64,000 nucleotides of DNA from positions 36,394,001 through 36,458,000 of the forward strand of contig NC_135770.1 in the NCBI RefSeq assembly GCF_052425735.1, read 5' to 3'. The notes under the pieces are model-generated. The model was not told the DNA's origin, did no database searches, and saw nothing but the letters and a program-made list of their open reading frames with translations. Below, in pieces: positions 34,510-47,250 of the stretch; within the stretch, counting starts at the first letter, position 1; the number at the start of each line of letters is the position of its first letter. Origin of the DNA: Oculina patagonica. Its lineage: Eukaryota. The translations under genes were made by a program, and so were the position numbers.

Positions 34510-35028
34510 AATTGCAGCTAAAATGGTACAACCACGAATTAAGGAAATGAGAGAGAAGAAAGAAAAAGGTAACCAAGTTATTTTGTGTTTCGTTGTCACA
34601 TTTATCAATGCCTGACGCCATGCCAAGGCAAAAACTATGTTTCACATGAGGAAACTGAACGCCTTTTCTTCGCGCGCACAGGTCTCCGCTCAAAAGACGT
34701 CTGAGATTCAATACGAAAAGTTCCATACTGATGACGTAACTCTACGGAGATCCGTGAAGTGCCTCTGATTGGTTGTTAATTGCGCGCGAAAATTTGAAAC
34801 TAGGCAACAACCAATCAGAGACACTCCACTAAACTATATTTAGCCACGTCATCAGTATGGAATTTTTCGCGTGTCTCAAGTGGGATAAGAATTGAGTGCC
34901 CGCCAAAGAGAGATTTCTGTTCACTCAGGCAAATACTGAATTGCTTTGTGTCAAAAAGTATAATGAAAACCGCTTTTTTACTAAGTGTTTTCTTTAATTG
35001 ATTGTTTTAAACAGAAAAGACTACATAG
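34510..35028 (+). pseudogene. Orphan duplicate of DHRS7 terminal exons 7-8
   Basis: IAAKMVQPRIKEMREKKEK / EKTT* with intact splice sites; no upstream DHRS7 exons in copy B. Confidence 0.65.
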
Positions 35029-36404
35029 AAGAGCTGGATACATGTGTATGTGGACACGCGTGAAGTTCCTTGGAAAACGTAGTTCTCGTCAGGGGAAACC
35101 CTACGCTCTCCCATTGATAGCAAACTCCAAAAACGCCAGCAATGAGATATGTTAATTGCTACTCAGTACAGATATTTATAAGGTTTTAAAAAAGGTAGTT
35201 ACAAGGTTGATTTTCAACCAGCGCAGCGTATAAGTGTAAAAATTGGAACCAAAAACAAGAATGTGGGAATGAGGAGAGGTGGCTGCATTCGCAGGCTAGG
35301 AAAGACTTGTCCAGATCACTGACAGTATTATTTTTTATTACACGACTAAGGTAGTCAGAGGTCCAATAACTAAAATCAACCAATTAGATCGCTCCATTGC
35401 CTGTTCACTATTTTCTAAGAATTATTAAACCGTACCAGATATTGTCCCGAATGAACCTGCGCGAATTCATGCACTGTAATGGCTTACAAACAACGTCAGG
35501 GAATTCTTTTCCGACGGAAACACCTGGTGGGTTCTCGGTCAGAATCCCGTTTTTTCATCCTTTCCGCTTTTCGCTTACATTTATAACAGTGAATCTTTTT
35601 CACTTCAGTCGTGTAATAAATCTCTTATTTCTCCCAGTACGGTCCACGCGCTTGTCATACGTGTCATACGTGCTTGTCATACGTGATATTCGTTTGGTTT
35701 ACAAAAAGAATGTACCGGTAATAGGTATAGCAACATGTCTGGACTTGGTATATATCAGTTTAGATTAGGAGCATTGCTATTTTAAGGTCAGCACGTTGAT
35801 CTGGACGTGGATAAAAGGGTGTAAATAGAATTAAGGAAATAAAAAATATTAGTAACTCAAGCTGTTTTAATCACTGGAACTTACTAGATAATTTTCATTC
35901 TGTGAACTTCTGCAATAGATAAACTTCACGAATGTTTATTATGGAAGCATTTACCAGCTACCTGTCGCCCCTACCTTTGCTATAAACTTGTATGAAAACC
36001 TTTTAGTGATCATTTAACTATAGAACTCAACGTTATCAGGTGAACATAAGGACTTTCGAAAGTTGTTGATAAAAACCGTATTAGCCTTGCTAGAACCAGT
36101 CTTTTAACTTGTGCAGTGATGCGAGGGAAGATGTAAAGTCTACAATGACTTTTGAAGCATTAAGTTGACGGGAAACTGGTCTAACATGTACAGTCACGTT
36201 ATAATTTGCATATGCGCTACTCTGAACCAACAAGAGAGTAAAATAAGACTTTGTGTTACCAAAGACCCTTGTCGTGTGACTCACCGCAAACGACGAAACA
36301 AGTTGGTTTTTCCTACATTTGGTATGTTGCGGTAACCCGACGGCCTGCTAGCCTATTTCAGACCAAATAGACAAAACCATACCCTTAACGCCGCACATAG
36401 ATAC

Positions 36405-36519
36405 CAGTGACTTCTGTATGCCCCTGATGAAAGTTGGTTTTGTTCAACCGAAATATTGGGCCAAAATAAATTTATAACATCAGCCCCTAGCTGTTTGATC
36501 AGCCCTGCATTTAAAGTTT
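36405..36519 (+). mobile_element. 115-bp retroposed unit containing a minimal type I hammerhead ribozyme motif (retrozyme/Penelope-pLTR-like)
   Basis: 12-bp TSD gcacatagatac (36393-36404, 36520-36531); empty site at ~28169 in copy A. Motif GCCC-CTGATGA-AA-GTTG-loop-CAAC-C-GAAA-TATT-GGGC at 36420-36461. Confidence 0.75.
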
Positions 36520-36962
36520 GCACATAGATACATCAACTGGATTATGCAAGGGAGCATACCCACCCACCCCCAGGTCGGTGGCAAATGAAACACTTCCTTC
36601 CCGTACTAGATAGATGACAGGACTTAAAAATTTTGTGAGTTTTGATCTTTACTGACTGAATGAAGCCCTCGAATCAATACGCGCTTATTATAGGTAATTA
36701 AAAGGGGGGGAAATTTTCTTAACGCAGTCGAGAGGTTTCCGATACTTATTATCCAATCAGAATTCAATTTTTTACAAAACCTTTTCTGAGGAGGTGCATA
36801 TTCGACATATTCGTCGCCGTTTTTGAATGGACACAAACTGTAGCATAATATGAAGCAAATTGTGAGCAGAGCCCGCTGACCAGTCCTCGTTACGTAACGC
36901 TTTTCAGTAAAGAAGGCTGAAGACGTGAAACGGGGGTCAGAAACAGTGAACTTTGTGAGCCG

Positions 36963-39900
36963 ATGAGGTTGTTGAGAAAATCAATAGGCTATGCAACAAT
37001 CGGTGCTGGGTTAGCTGGTGTAACAGTTGCTCTTGTGCATGGACCAGAAGAGTTAAAACGTAAAATAACTTCCAATGGCTTGGTTCGAGTTGGAAGGGCC
37101 GCTCGCACGGTAAGATTTCTGTTGACGCGCTGGGGCTATCTGCCTGCTCTGGTGCAGTATATATATATATACTGCAAAGATACTTATCGATAAAATGCAG
37201 TTGTACAATTTATCCATATACGTAGTTTGTCGAGCACAGATTTCTATCTCCAGTAGGCGGTAGATGTCCGAGATTTCCATATGAACTGATGACATAACAC
37301 ATGCATGAACCCGCACATGTTAATGTACAGACCACATTAGCTGTTCCTTGGTTGCAAAGTTCCCCTTTAAAATGCAAGGTACAATAGACTATCAGCCTCT
37401 CTAAAGTGTCAGTCGTTTATAGAATGGAACTTTTTGCCTCAAAATATCTTCCTAGGAAAATAATGGTTATGCAATTAGTGGCATCTGTTTGTTACAACCA
37501 ACATGACCATAAAAGGTTGTATGTGAGATGTGATTGGTTCAAAAATAAGGGCGCAATAGACTATAAGGCCATTTACATGACAGAAAAATTTGGGTACAGA
37601 CCCAATCACTTTCAATATGTTGCAGGGCCATAGGCGCCTGTTTCTCTTCAAAAGTGATCAGGTCCGGACCGATTTTTTGACGGGTATGTACCCAACTTTC
37701 TCAGCTACGCCTCAAGCAACTCTTATGCATGTCTTGTGCTCTCCAAACTTCCTGCATGCATCCATAACTCGTCAAATGCACGCTAAGCATGAACCAATTC
37801 TTAAGTGGTGTGTGAATGTTTCAAAAATCAGTTTGTGAAACAGGATCATGATTCCTCCCCTTCCCATGTTTTTCCACCTTCTTTACCAACCTGAACCAAG
37901 GTTTCATAATGAATATGTTTAATTTACTAGAGGTCCTGCCAGGGTAAATTCCAACAAGCGACATGGCCCAAAAAGTAGCGACAGCACATAAAATAAAATT
38001 GTGACAAACGACAACCCTTTTGGAAAAACTTAAATTCCGACAAGGACAAGCAATTTTCCTTCAATTTTACTACTGACAGCGACGTGGGTTTGATAAAACA
38101 GCGACACTGCGTATTTTTAAATTAAGACAAGCGACACGGAGAACCCCCCTGGCAGGGCCTCTTAATAGAATAAGCTTTTCTATAGATTCTGTGAACTAAA
38201 TGTGGACATGGATAACCTTTTTATTTCTGTTCCAATTCAAGGTTGTTTTCATTAGTTATGACTACAAAAGAACACTCTGGGGAATTGATAATAACTCTAC
38301 AGAATATTCAAAACTCAAATCTCAGGTAAGTGTTAGACAGAAGTATAATAATTTGTGACACAATTATTCCTAGTTATAAAACCAGTATGATTAGCCAATT
38401 GCAGGTATAACACATTCTGATTAGATTCCCTGCCCCTTGGGGTGCAAAGAATGGATAGCCAAATGTATTGGATAAATAGCTGTCCAGTGAATAGCATAGA
38501 TAGCCTTGTTAACACTTTATCTGGTGGATAAACAGTCAACAGTCAAACAACAAGGCTCATCAATGATCAAAATGTATGGAAACACTGGTTTTATTTCACT
38601 CTGGCCTCATCCCCATAATCATGTGGCAGGGAAACGAAACATACCCTCCCTTGTAACTAGATTACAAGGCTTCAGAGCATTTTGTGGGGCCAGTCCAAGC
38701 AGTTTATCACTCAAACTCTTGACACTCAGTTTCTACATTTTAATAATAATAATAGAGGAATGTTCTATTTTTCCATTTTCTCTGTTCCTTCCCTCAATTT
38801 AGGTTCACTTGAGATCTGCTATAAGTCTGCGTGACTTGTGTTGTGTCAATGGTGGAGCGTACATTAAAGTGGGTCAATATGTAGGGTCCTTAGACTATCT
38901 GTTGCCCGCAGAGTATGTACAGACCATGAAGGTGCTTCACAGTGATGCACCTCAGAGCCCTCTCAGTGATATCCATCATGTCATTGAAGAAGAGTTGCAT
39001 TGTAAAGTGAATGAGGTGTTTGCAAGTTTTGAGGACAAGCCCATTGGCGCTGCATCTCTGGCGCAAGTTCACAGGGCAACACTGCATGACGGTAGAGTTG
39101 TAGCTGTAAAGGTGCAGCACAGAGACGTGCAAAAGCATGCTGCTGTTGACATGGCAACACTTGAGGTGAGTAGAGAATATCTTAAGGTAGGCATATGCCA
39201 AAAGTCGTATGTGTTTCAAAATCTTGCCTGGTTATGTATTTTTCATTCCCAATAATGGTCAAGATTTTGTTTCCATTAACTGGTAATTTACACTTAACCC
39301 TCAGGATGTAGAAGCAAATTCACCCCCTCCCCTCCCCACCCACCTTGTATGTCCATAGGTTAAGAATCTTTCTTTGAAAAAGCTACTTGCTACAGTAACA
39401 GCTCTAACACCCAATTCTTTCACTACCTAAGAAGAATATAGCTATAAGCCAAAGAACTTGATGCAAAAATGACGTTTTTTCTTTAGGTTGGTGTCTCCGC
39501 AAAAGTAATAAAACAAATGTTAATAATTAACATCAATTGTCAACAGTGTAACATGTTTTATTAAACTGGTCTTGCAGATTCTAGCTAAAGCAGTGTCATG
39601 GTTGTTTCCAGAATTTAAGTTCATGTGGCTTGTGGATGAGTCAAAGAAGCATCTCCCACTTGAGCTAGATTTTGAACATGAAGGACGAAATGCTGAGAAG
39701 ATTATGCAGTTTTTTGAGAAATTTCCTTTTGTAAAGGTAGGGCTGATTTTAAGGTTTTGTAGCATGCGAGAAAAAGTGATCAGTGAGGATTGTATTCTGT
39801 TGGTACAAACCATATCAATCTGAACTTAAGAGTACAAAACCAATACTCAACTTCTCACTATTTGATTTTGAATATTTTAAAGCCAAGTTAGTGGATTTCA

Positions 39901-42900
39901 AGTTAATAACTTAAATTGTTATCCTCCTCTCAGATTCCAGAAATTTACTGGCAGTTTTCAACGAAGCGTGTGCTAACAATGGAATTCTGTGATGGAGGCA
40001 AGGTGGATGATCTACCTTACATGAAGAACCACAAGATATCTTCTGATGAGGCAAGACAAAACTCTTTGATGCTAGTTTATGCTTTAATTATAAATGTTTC
40101 TCTGTTGACGACATCTCTCAATTTTCCTCCTTTTTCGAGATTTAAAGACAAAATATTCCATAATGAAGATCAAACACTACAAAGACCTGAAATAAGTTTA
40201 TGTTTTCTCAGGTTGTTGATATAATTATGTACTTCTCAAGCTATTTGTCGTTGTGGTTATATTTCAGGTTGCACACAAGCTAGGCCTTCTCTATAGTGAG
40301 ATGATATTCGTTAATGGATACGTGCACTGTGACCCTCACCCAGGCAACATTCTTGTGAGGCGTAACCCTCAGAATGGCGTGGAGATTGTCTTCCTAGACC
40401 ATGGCTTGTATCAGGTAATGCATTCTAAGATATTGTTTAATAAATGAAGAGAAGATTCTTGCAGTTATGAACACAACTTAAGCAGTTGCAAAAGTAAAGC
40501 CTGAAAAAAAAAACAGGCTTGCCAGGACTCGAACCCTGACCTCTGCGATACTGGTGCAGCGCTCTAACCAATTGAGCTAACAAGCCAACTGGGAGCTGGT
40601 CATTATTACATGTAAATTGGTTCATAATATACCCGGGGAAGATGAAGATGAAATTATGAATACTCAGTATATGAAATTTATTTTCGCAACAGCTTAAGTT
40701 GTGTTCTTAACTGCGGGGATCTTCTCTTCACTTATTCATCATCTGCAGTTAAAGCAGTTCAGTTGAGGGTATAACTTGGTTTGCCTGGGGGCTGTTGTGT
40801 TGCCAAACACCTCTCATGGGTAGGCATAAATAGATTGTGCTCGGCAACTTTTGAGCAACTTTTAGTGTTTTGAGCAACTTTTTGTAGTACCAGCAACCTA
40901 GGGCAACTTTTGCCTTCCTTGGCAACTTTTGAGCAACAAATTGATATATAACCGATCCAAACCATAAAAGGTCGTTTCATTTCGAAGGATTTTATTAAAA
41001 CTGGTTTTATCAAAACTGATTTTATTAAAACTAAGGATATACAATATGACAATGACAATAAAATAACACTTGCTTTACGCCCACGAAATCTGGACAGCGG
41101 CTATCTATCTATCGGGCGCTTAAATCCAGCGGTTATTCGCCGCAACATAGAGCCTACCGCCGGCTCCCACCGGCCATCTTGGTATTTGCTGAAGTGCGAG
41201 TCACTTATGGCATCACAATTAGATGAAATTTCAGACGAGGAGAATGGAAATAACTCTAGAGAGCAAGCAACTTTTCTAAATTTTGGTGGCAACTTTTTGA
41301 TATTTGAGCAACTTTAGAGCAACTTTTGGGTATATTGTGAAGCAACTTTTCCCGAATTTACTAGCACAATCTATTCATGCCTACTCATGGGACAGAAGGG
41401 AGAAAACTGAAAATAATTTCCTGTTATGGACAATACTTTTCTTCCTACACGATTTAGACATTATCCAGTGATTTTCGCATAAACTACTGCAAGATGTGGC
41501 AGTCGCTGATCAGATCAGACCTTGAGGGAATCAAACAAAGCAGTAAGGCTTTAGGTGTGGAAGAGATGTATGGTTTACTAGCCTGTATACTGACAGCCAG
41601 ATCATGGGATGTGATAACTACAGGGATAGACCAAGGGCCTGTTACTGATGACGAGGTATGTGATTCAGATGTTCTTGTGGTTTAGTAAAATAGACGAAGG
41701 GAGAAAGACCGGAGAAAACCGGAGAACCCAGAGAGAAACATTCAAAGCAAGGGCGAGAACCAACAACAAACTCAACCCACATATGGCGCGAGCCTTCTCA
41801 CCACTGTGCCATCCGTGCTCCCAATTACCAATTTTATTAAAAACAAAAGTCGAGGTTAGGGAGTCTTAGTGAAAATGTCAGCAATTTAGGCAATCAGTTT
41901 TACTAAACAGAGACAGCAAGAAACACCCATTTAAAATGCCTGTAATTTACGCGTGAATGACATAGGTGTTCAATTACAGGCATCCAATTTAAAGTTGTTC
42001 AAATTGGATACCTGTAAGTTGGGCACCCAAGTGATCGCGCTCCAATTACGCAACGAATATGAAAAGGGAAATTTGCTATTGGTACAATAAGTGATTAAGA
42101 AAAAAGGGGAAAAAGTTCGAACCAATCAAGGCAGACGGGTTATTTTTTTTTCAACCAAACGGGAACAGACCAACACCAGTGGCGACTATTTTTCGCGCGT
42201 TTTCTAGTTCTGATTGGCTCATTGCATTGGTCATGATTGGTCAGATCTGCATGAGCTTCACATAGTAAGTAGCTATTATTGTAGAAGCTCTCTATGTAAA
42301 CTCTCTCGTAAGCGGCAAGCTCTAGTTGCCATCTCCATTGTAAAACACTGTTTGAAGTATCGCACGAACTCTGTAATTAAAAGCTCTCGTAAGCGAACGC
42401 CCTCGACCACTTTCGGGAATTACCAACTGGTCTTTTTAAGCTCTCGTAAGTGACCATTCAAAAGATTTTGATTCGAAGTAGTCCACAGTTTACTAAAAGT
42501 ATGCACTTATTGATCACATTGGCTATTAATTATGGTCGATAAAGATCTCCAAATTAAATGTTCAAGCTGATTTTTTATACTGAGACTGAGGAAAAATGCG
42601 TTATGCTAAAAGCTCTGGTAAGAGACCAGCCTTTATTATTTCAGCAAGTAGTCACACGGGAGCACATTTTCCGTAAGCGCGACCAGCTCTAGTTACACCT
42701 TTTTCGAATTCCCGAGCTAACGAGAGCTTTGATTGTATACGGTTATGGGAAAAGATCTTCCATTTATTTGTTTTCTTCTTCTTCCGGATTCTGATCCCAG
42801 CATTGATTTATCTCCCAACAGGCTGAAGAGATCAGGGCAAGTGCTGCAACATACCTCACAGAGATAACCGAATTGCTCAATCGAGTACCCAGACAACTAC

Positions 42901-43181
42901 TGCTCTTACTGAAAACAAATGACTTGTTACGGAGTATAGACTACAGGCTCAGCACAAGCGACACTTCCCGCTCCTTCATAACCATGTCACGATGCTGTAT
43001 ACGCGCGGTTACTAAGCAACGACTGAAAAGCTGCGACGGATGGAGGGATTGGGTTCGAATTCAAGCTGACTCTACTATAAGTCATCTAAGAATTACGCTT
43101 TATCAGATATATGCCTGTAGTGTAATTACCACGATAAGAAGACTTTTTACAAGAGTTGTGGGAAGATTGACGTTTCTTTGA
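36963..43181 (+). CDS. ADCK1: aarF domain-containing kinase 1 (ABC1/UbiB atypical kinase), ~524 aa
   Basis: Exons 36963-37109, 38242-38325, 38803-39165, 39578-39736, 39934-40050, 40268-40414, 41458-41655, 42822-43181. Motifs YIKVGQ, AASLAQVH, VAVKVQH, ELDF, HCDPHPGN, DHG. Intron 40051-40267 is GC-AG. Confidence 0.93.
37930..38161. mobile_element. MITE with GAGG termini
   Basis: gaggtcctgccaggg / ccctggcagggcctc; flanks ttacta / ttaata. Confidence 0.65.
40442..40733 (-). mobile_element. Inverted-repeat-bounded element containing a tRNA-like Pol III cassette
   Basis: ~48-bp inverted repeats (40442-40489 / 40685-40733). The minus strand reads tagctcaattggttagagcg...ggttcgagtcc (A and B boxes). 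Confidence 0.7.
40821..41383. mobile_element. hAT-type MITE
   Basis: taggcataaatagattgtgct / agcacaatctattcatgccta TIRs, 8-bp TSD ctcatggg, gagcaacttt subrepeats. Confidence 0.85.
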
Positions 43182-44186
43182 TGAAGGGGCTTAGATCGTT
43201 TTACGATAAAATCTCTTTTTGTGAGAATTGGACGAACATTGTGCGGAATACCTACAAAACAGTGTCTGGAAAATACCCACAATCTGATGTCAAATAATTT
43301 TCATTTGCATATTTAATTTATTGTATATCTGGCAAAACATTGACTTCCCAGATGATATTTGAGGACGAAAATTTGCTGGAAACTGAGCAATCCACTTTTG
43401 CATTTTTTTTAACGTTTTCTGTAAACTTGCTCTTTGACAAGAGAGAGAGTCAAACGTAAATGGAGAAGTCCTCGCAATTATTCCGTTAAAATTCGTGTTC
43501 TTTTGGGGTAAAAATCTTTGAAAATAAATTCATAATATATTTTATAAATACCTTTGTTGTGCAATTATACATAATCCCTCAGCCTACGTGAAGCTGTGTC
43601 CTGAATAGGAGGCGGCTGCACGCATACTTTCCTCAGTTTCAGTGGCATGCCTGCAAACTAGCTACCTCAAAGCTAAGTGCATGACCACTATAAACAACAT
43701 TTACATTTTTTTACATGCTAATAATCCCTCGGCCTTTAAGCTGTCATAGAGGCTTGGTATTGTCTCATTCTGGTTTCTGAGGCTCTCAAATTGTGACAAT
43801 GAAATTAACCAAAAAAAACTGGAAAAAAAGAGCAAGGAAATACAGAAAATGCCTGGAAAGAGTGAGTGTGAAGCTAAACCTCTAGCCCGATCTGCTCTCT
43901 TTTCTCTCTTTCCTCCATGGGTCTTGTTTTGTATTCTAGCGAGCTTGCAAGATCATGAAGCGCCCTTCTCCGTTTTCGATTCTATCTCCACTAAAGCAAT
44001 TATCCTTTGGAGCCTCGCGAAAGAGAGAGCCGCGATTTTCCTGAAGTATTGCCTTAAGTTATTCTAGATTTCAAATTGTGGGTAAAAGGAGCTATTGGCA
44101 GCGGGCATATTAAAAAAACAATAAACGGAAAGCAGACAGGGGAGAGGAAACATCTCTTTCCATCGCCATAGAAACAGTGCAAGCAG

Positions 44187-44303
44187 TAACCTGCGCTAAG
44201 GCGTTCGTTTTTTCGCGGCGGAGGGATGGAGAAAAAAAAATGAACAGTTTATTTTTCCGTTGACTCTTTTGCAGCGAGAAAAATAACGCCTGATAACAGA
44301 TTA
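44187..44303. mobile_element. 117-bp MITE with 9-bp TSD
   Basis: taacctg...aggcgtt / aacgcctga...cagatta; TSD tgcaagcag. Confidence 0.7.
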
Positions 44304-46115
44304 TGCAAGCAGTCCCTCTTCTCTTTTTAGTAAGTCGAGCAGGGTTTTTTTTGAATAATAAAATATTGCGGGGAGGAGGGTATGTTAATTTTATTCAACG
44401 TGGTTCTTGAAAATCTACGTTATGGGCAATCGAAAAATTTAACAGTTTCCTCTGTTCGGAATATTTTTATCTTGAACTCGACCTTGAAAAGATTTCAAGT
44501 TTCCCCCCGTTCGCAGTGTGCTTTGCGTAGCAAGCGATCTTCTTTTCTATTTTGCTCTGCTCGTTTACATGTCGTTTCTGTTGTCATGATTAAAAGTGTT
44601 TTCTTTTTGTGTTATTCGCGTTTAACTTCAGCTGACTTCATTACGATACATTAACTCTTATTTTAAGCATTAAAAGCCTCCTATTTGCGTTCATTTTAAT
44701 CATCGTTTCTGAACACTCAATTTCAGCGTTCTTTTAGTCTTAATTTAAGTCTGCGCTAATTTCCAATAATGATTTTGCCAATTTTTTGCATTTTGTTTGT
44801 TCACTGACACAAATCTGATAATAACTAGCACGCCAGTTGTCACTGGAATCTCTATAGCCTGTTAGAACCAGGCTTGGTTATAAAGCATTAGTTATCTTGT
44901 TACGGAACATTTTTCGGTGAAAAAGTAGATTTTAAAACAACAATCTTCTGTTATCAGAAAGCTAGTTTATAGGTGTTTTGCACCTGCTCTTAGAACAAAG
45001 CCTTCGAATAAGAAATGAGTTCTAGGTTTTAAGGGCGTGAAAAGAATTTTTAGAATTTTCTCTGTTTGCTTATCTTTTGTAAGTCAAACTGAGTTGTCGA
45101 AACACTATTGGCTACAATTCGTTTATTGCCCTTTCATAATAACGTACGCAAGAGAGTCAGATCATTATTAAATCAATGTTTCTTTATGATAATTTGGTCC
45201 ACTTAGATCCACTTAAAAGATCCTGTGAGTACCAGGGCTTCTTGCGCTTGGCCATAGTTAAATCCCCACAAAAGCCCTTACAAGTAACTAGGAGCATTTG
45301 ACAGAAAAGCATGTCATGTATAAATATTAAAAATCAATTAGTCTGTGACAATTCCGTGTACGTAGGAAAATGAGTGAGCGGAATAAATTGTTCATGTTCT
45401 TGGAACACACAAGATATTGGCAGTTAAAAATAAAATAAAAATATTTTAATCCAATTGTCCGCCTACCACCAAATATTTTCCATGCAATCGTAAATTAAAA
45501 GAGTTCGATAAACAATTCCGTGTTTTTTATCGAATACTGATTAATAATCTTTTGTCAGGGAGAAGATGTATGCACAGCTATTCTCATTCATAATTATGAC
45601 GCGGAATTCAGAAGTGCGTGGATTACATAACCCCTTTTGTTTATAGATAGTTGTGTTAGGTAATGCTTAATCACCACGTGCACAATCGCCGTATTTAAAG
45701 ATCCCTTTGCTTAGTTTCGGGGCATTTCGAAAGAGATACGCAAGCCGGGAAGTCCGGGCGAATTTTCTTATACTCTCGCGCTACGTCGCCGAAGCCCAAC
45801 CACGTGCTTTAGTTGTTTCGTCGTTTATTTTCTCAAGTTCATGGCTGTACCTACCCTGTCTCTGCTGTTTAACTAGAAGATTTATACTGCATGTCCATTC
45901 TCTGCCGCTTCGCAAGTTCCACATCATGCCGGAGTAGCGGGACAACGCGTACAGCAATAGTTTACTCGGTATTTTAAAACATTTTTATGTGTTTTCTTTT
46001 TCGCTTGCTTATCCGTTTGTTTATCCCGTAGTGTGTTTTATATCTACGTAGTTCTGTTTATAGCAATTTATTACCATATGTGTTACGGCTGTAGTAGCTT
46101 ACGTTCGCTCGTGTG

Positions 46116-46687
46116 CCAAGTTTGCCAAGTTACAAAAAGTCCAAAATTTCGCTGGACGAATCATTTTGGGACTAAGAAAGTATGATCATATTTCGGATGG
46201 ACTGCGATCACTAAACTGGCTTCCTATTAAAGAGAGACTCATTCTAAACGATGCAACCATGATGCACAAATGCATTAACAAACTTGTTCCAGACTATCTT
46301 GTTGAAATGTTTAAACTACGTTCCCATGTCCATAATAGACAAACTCGATCGTCTAGTGCCTTGGATATACCCTTATGCCGACTGTCAACAGGACAACGCT
46401 CTTTTACCTACAGAGGAGCTAAACTCTGGAACTCTTTAAATAGTAACATCAAGTCTTTAAAATGCCCGAGGAATTTTAGGCGCCATTTCGCAAATGTATT
46501 ATTAGGTTAATTTTTTACATTTAGAATATTTTTGACATATTTATTGTAATTATAACTATACTTATATTCTTAATTAATCTAAATTTTTAAATTTTTTATC
46601 TGTATTTGTAATTTTATAATATTGAGCTGAAAAACCCTTTTTAGGGAGCGTCAATAAAGTATGTATGTATGTATGTATGTATGTATG
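46116..46687 (+). mobile_element. 5'-truncated CR1/L2-type LINE inserted in the YR element's minisatellite
   Basis: KLQKVQNFAGRIILGLRKYDHIS...LNWLPIKERL...RSFTYRGAKLWNSL ORF2 C-terminus, 3' UTR stem-loop and (TATG)n tail. Confidence 0.85.
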
Positions 46688-47250
46688 TGTGTCGAGCAAA
46701 GATTGGCAAACGCCGTGTGTCGGCTGTAGTAGCTAAAACGTTCGCTCGTGTGTCGAGCAGAGATTGGTAGACGCCGGCGCCGTGTGTCGGCTGCCCGGTC
46801 GGCTGTAGTAGCTATAAAACGTTCGCTCGTGTGTCGAGCAGAGATTGGTAGACGCCGTGTGTCGGCTGTAGTAGCTAAAACGTTCGCTCGTGTTTCGAGC
46901 AGGCACTGGCAGACGCCGGGTGTCGGCTGGTAATAGCTTAACCGTTTGCTCGTGTGTCGAGCAGAGACTGGCAGAGGCCGTATGTCGGCTGCAGCTAAAA
47001 CGTTCGCTCGTGTGTCGAGCTGAAATTTGCAGATGCCGTGTGTCGTGTGTCGAGCAGAAACTGTCAGATGCGTTTGTCGGCTGTAGCTAAAACGTTCGCT
47101 CGTGTGTCGAGCAGAAATTGTCAGATGCCGTGTGTCGGCTTTACGTTGCTCAATGTTTGCTCTTGCGTTTAGCACAATTTGTTACACGCCGTGTCGGTTT
47201 TAGTCTAAAGGTTGGCTCGTGGGTCGAGCTTAGTTGGCAGGAGCCTTGTG
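46688..47250. repeat. ~55-60-bp minisatellite inside the non-autonomous YR element (starts ~46087, split by the LINE)
   Basis: Repeated gtgtgtcgagcagagattggtagacgccgtgtgtcggctgtagtagctaaaacgttcgctc variants. Confidence 0.9.

Larger units (their letters stand above)
34395..37425 (+). repeat. Tandem segmental duplication, copy B
   Basis: Collinear with ~24795-29043. Contains DHRS7-like exons 34510-34568 and 35015-35028 and the ADCK1 exon 1 nearest the rest of the gene. Confidence 0.9.

Noticed and set aside
34725-34760. CTGATGA as a hammerhead core (similar repeat copies at ~25050 and ~61600)
   Set aside because: No stem II plus GAAA follows; it is part of a common inverted-repeat interspersed element.
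46651-47175. 174-aa repetitive ORF
   Set aside because: Translation of the minisatellite; no evidence for coding.
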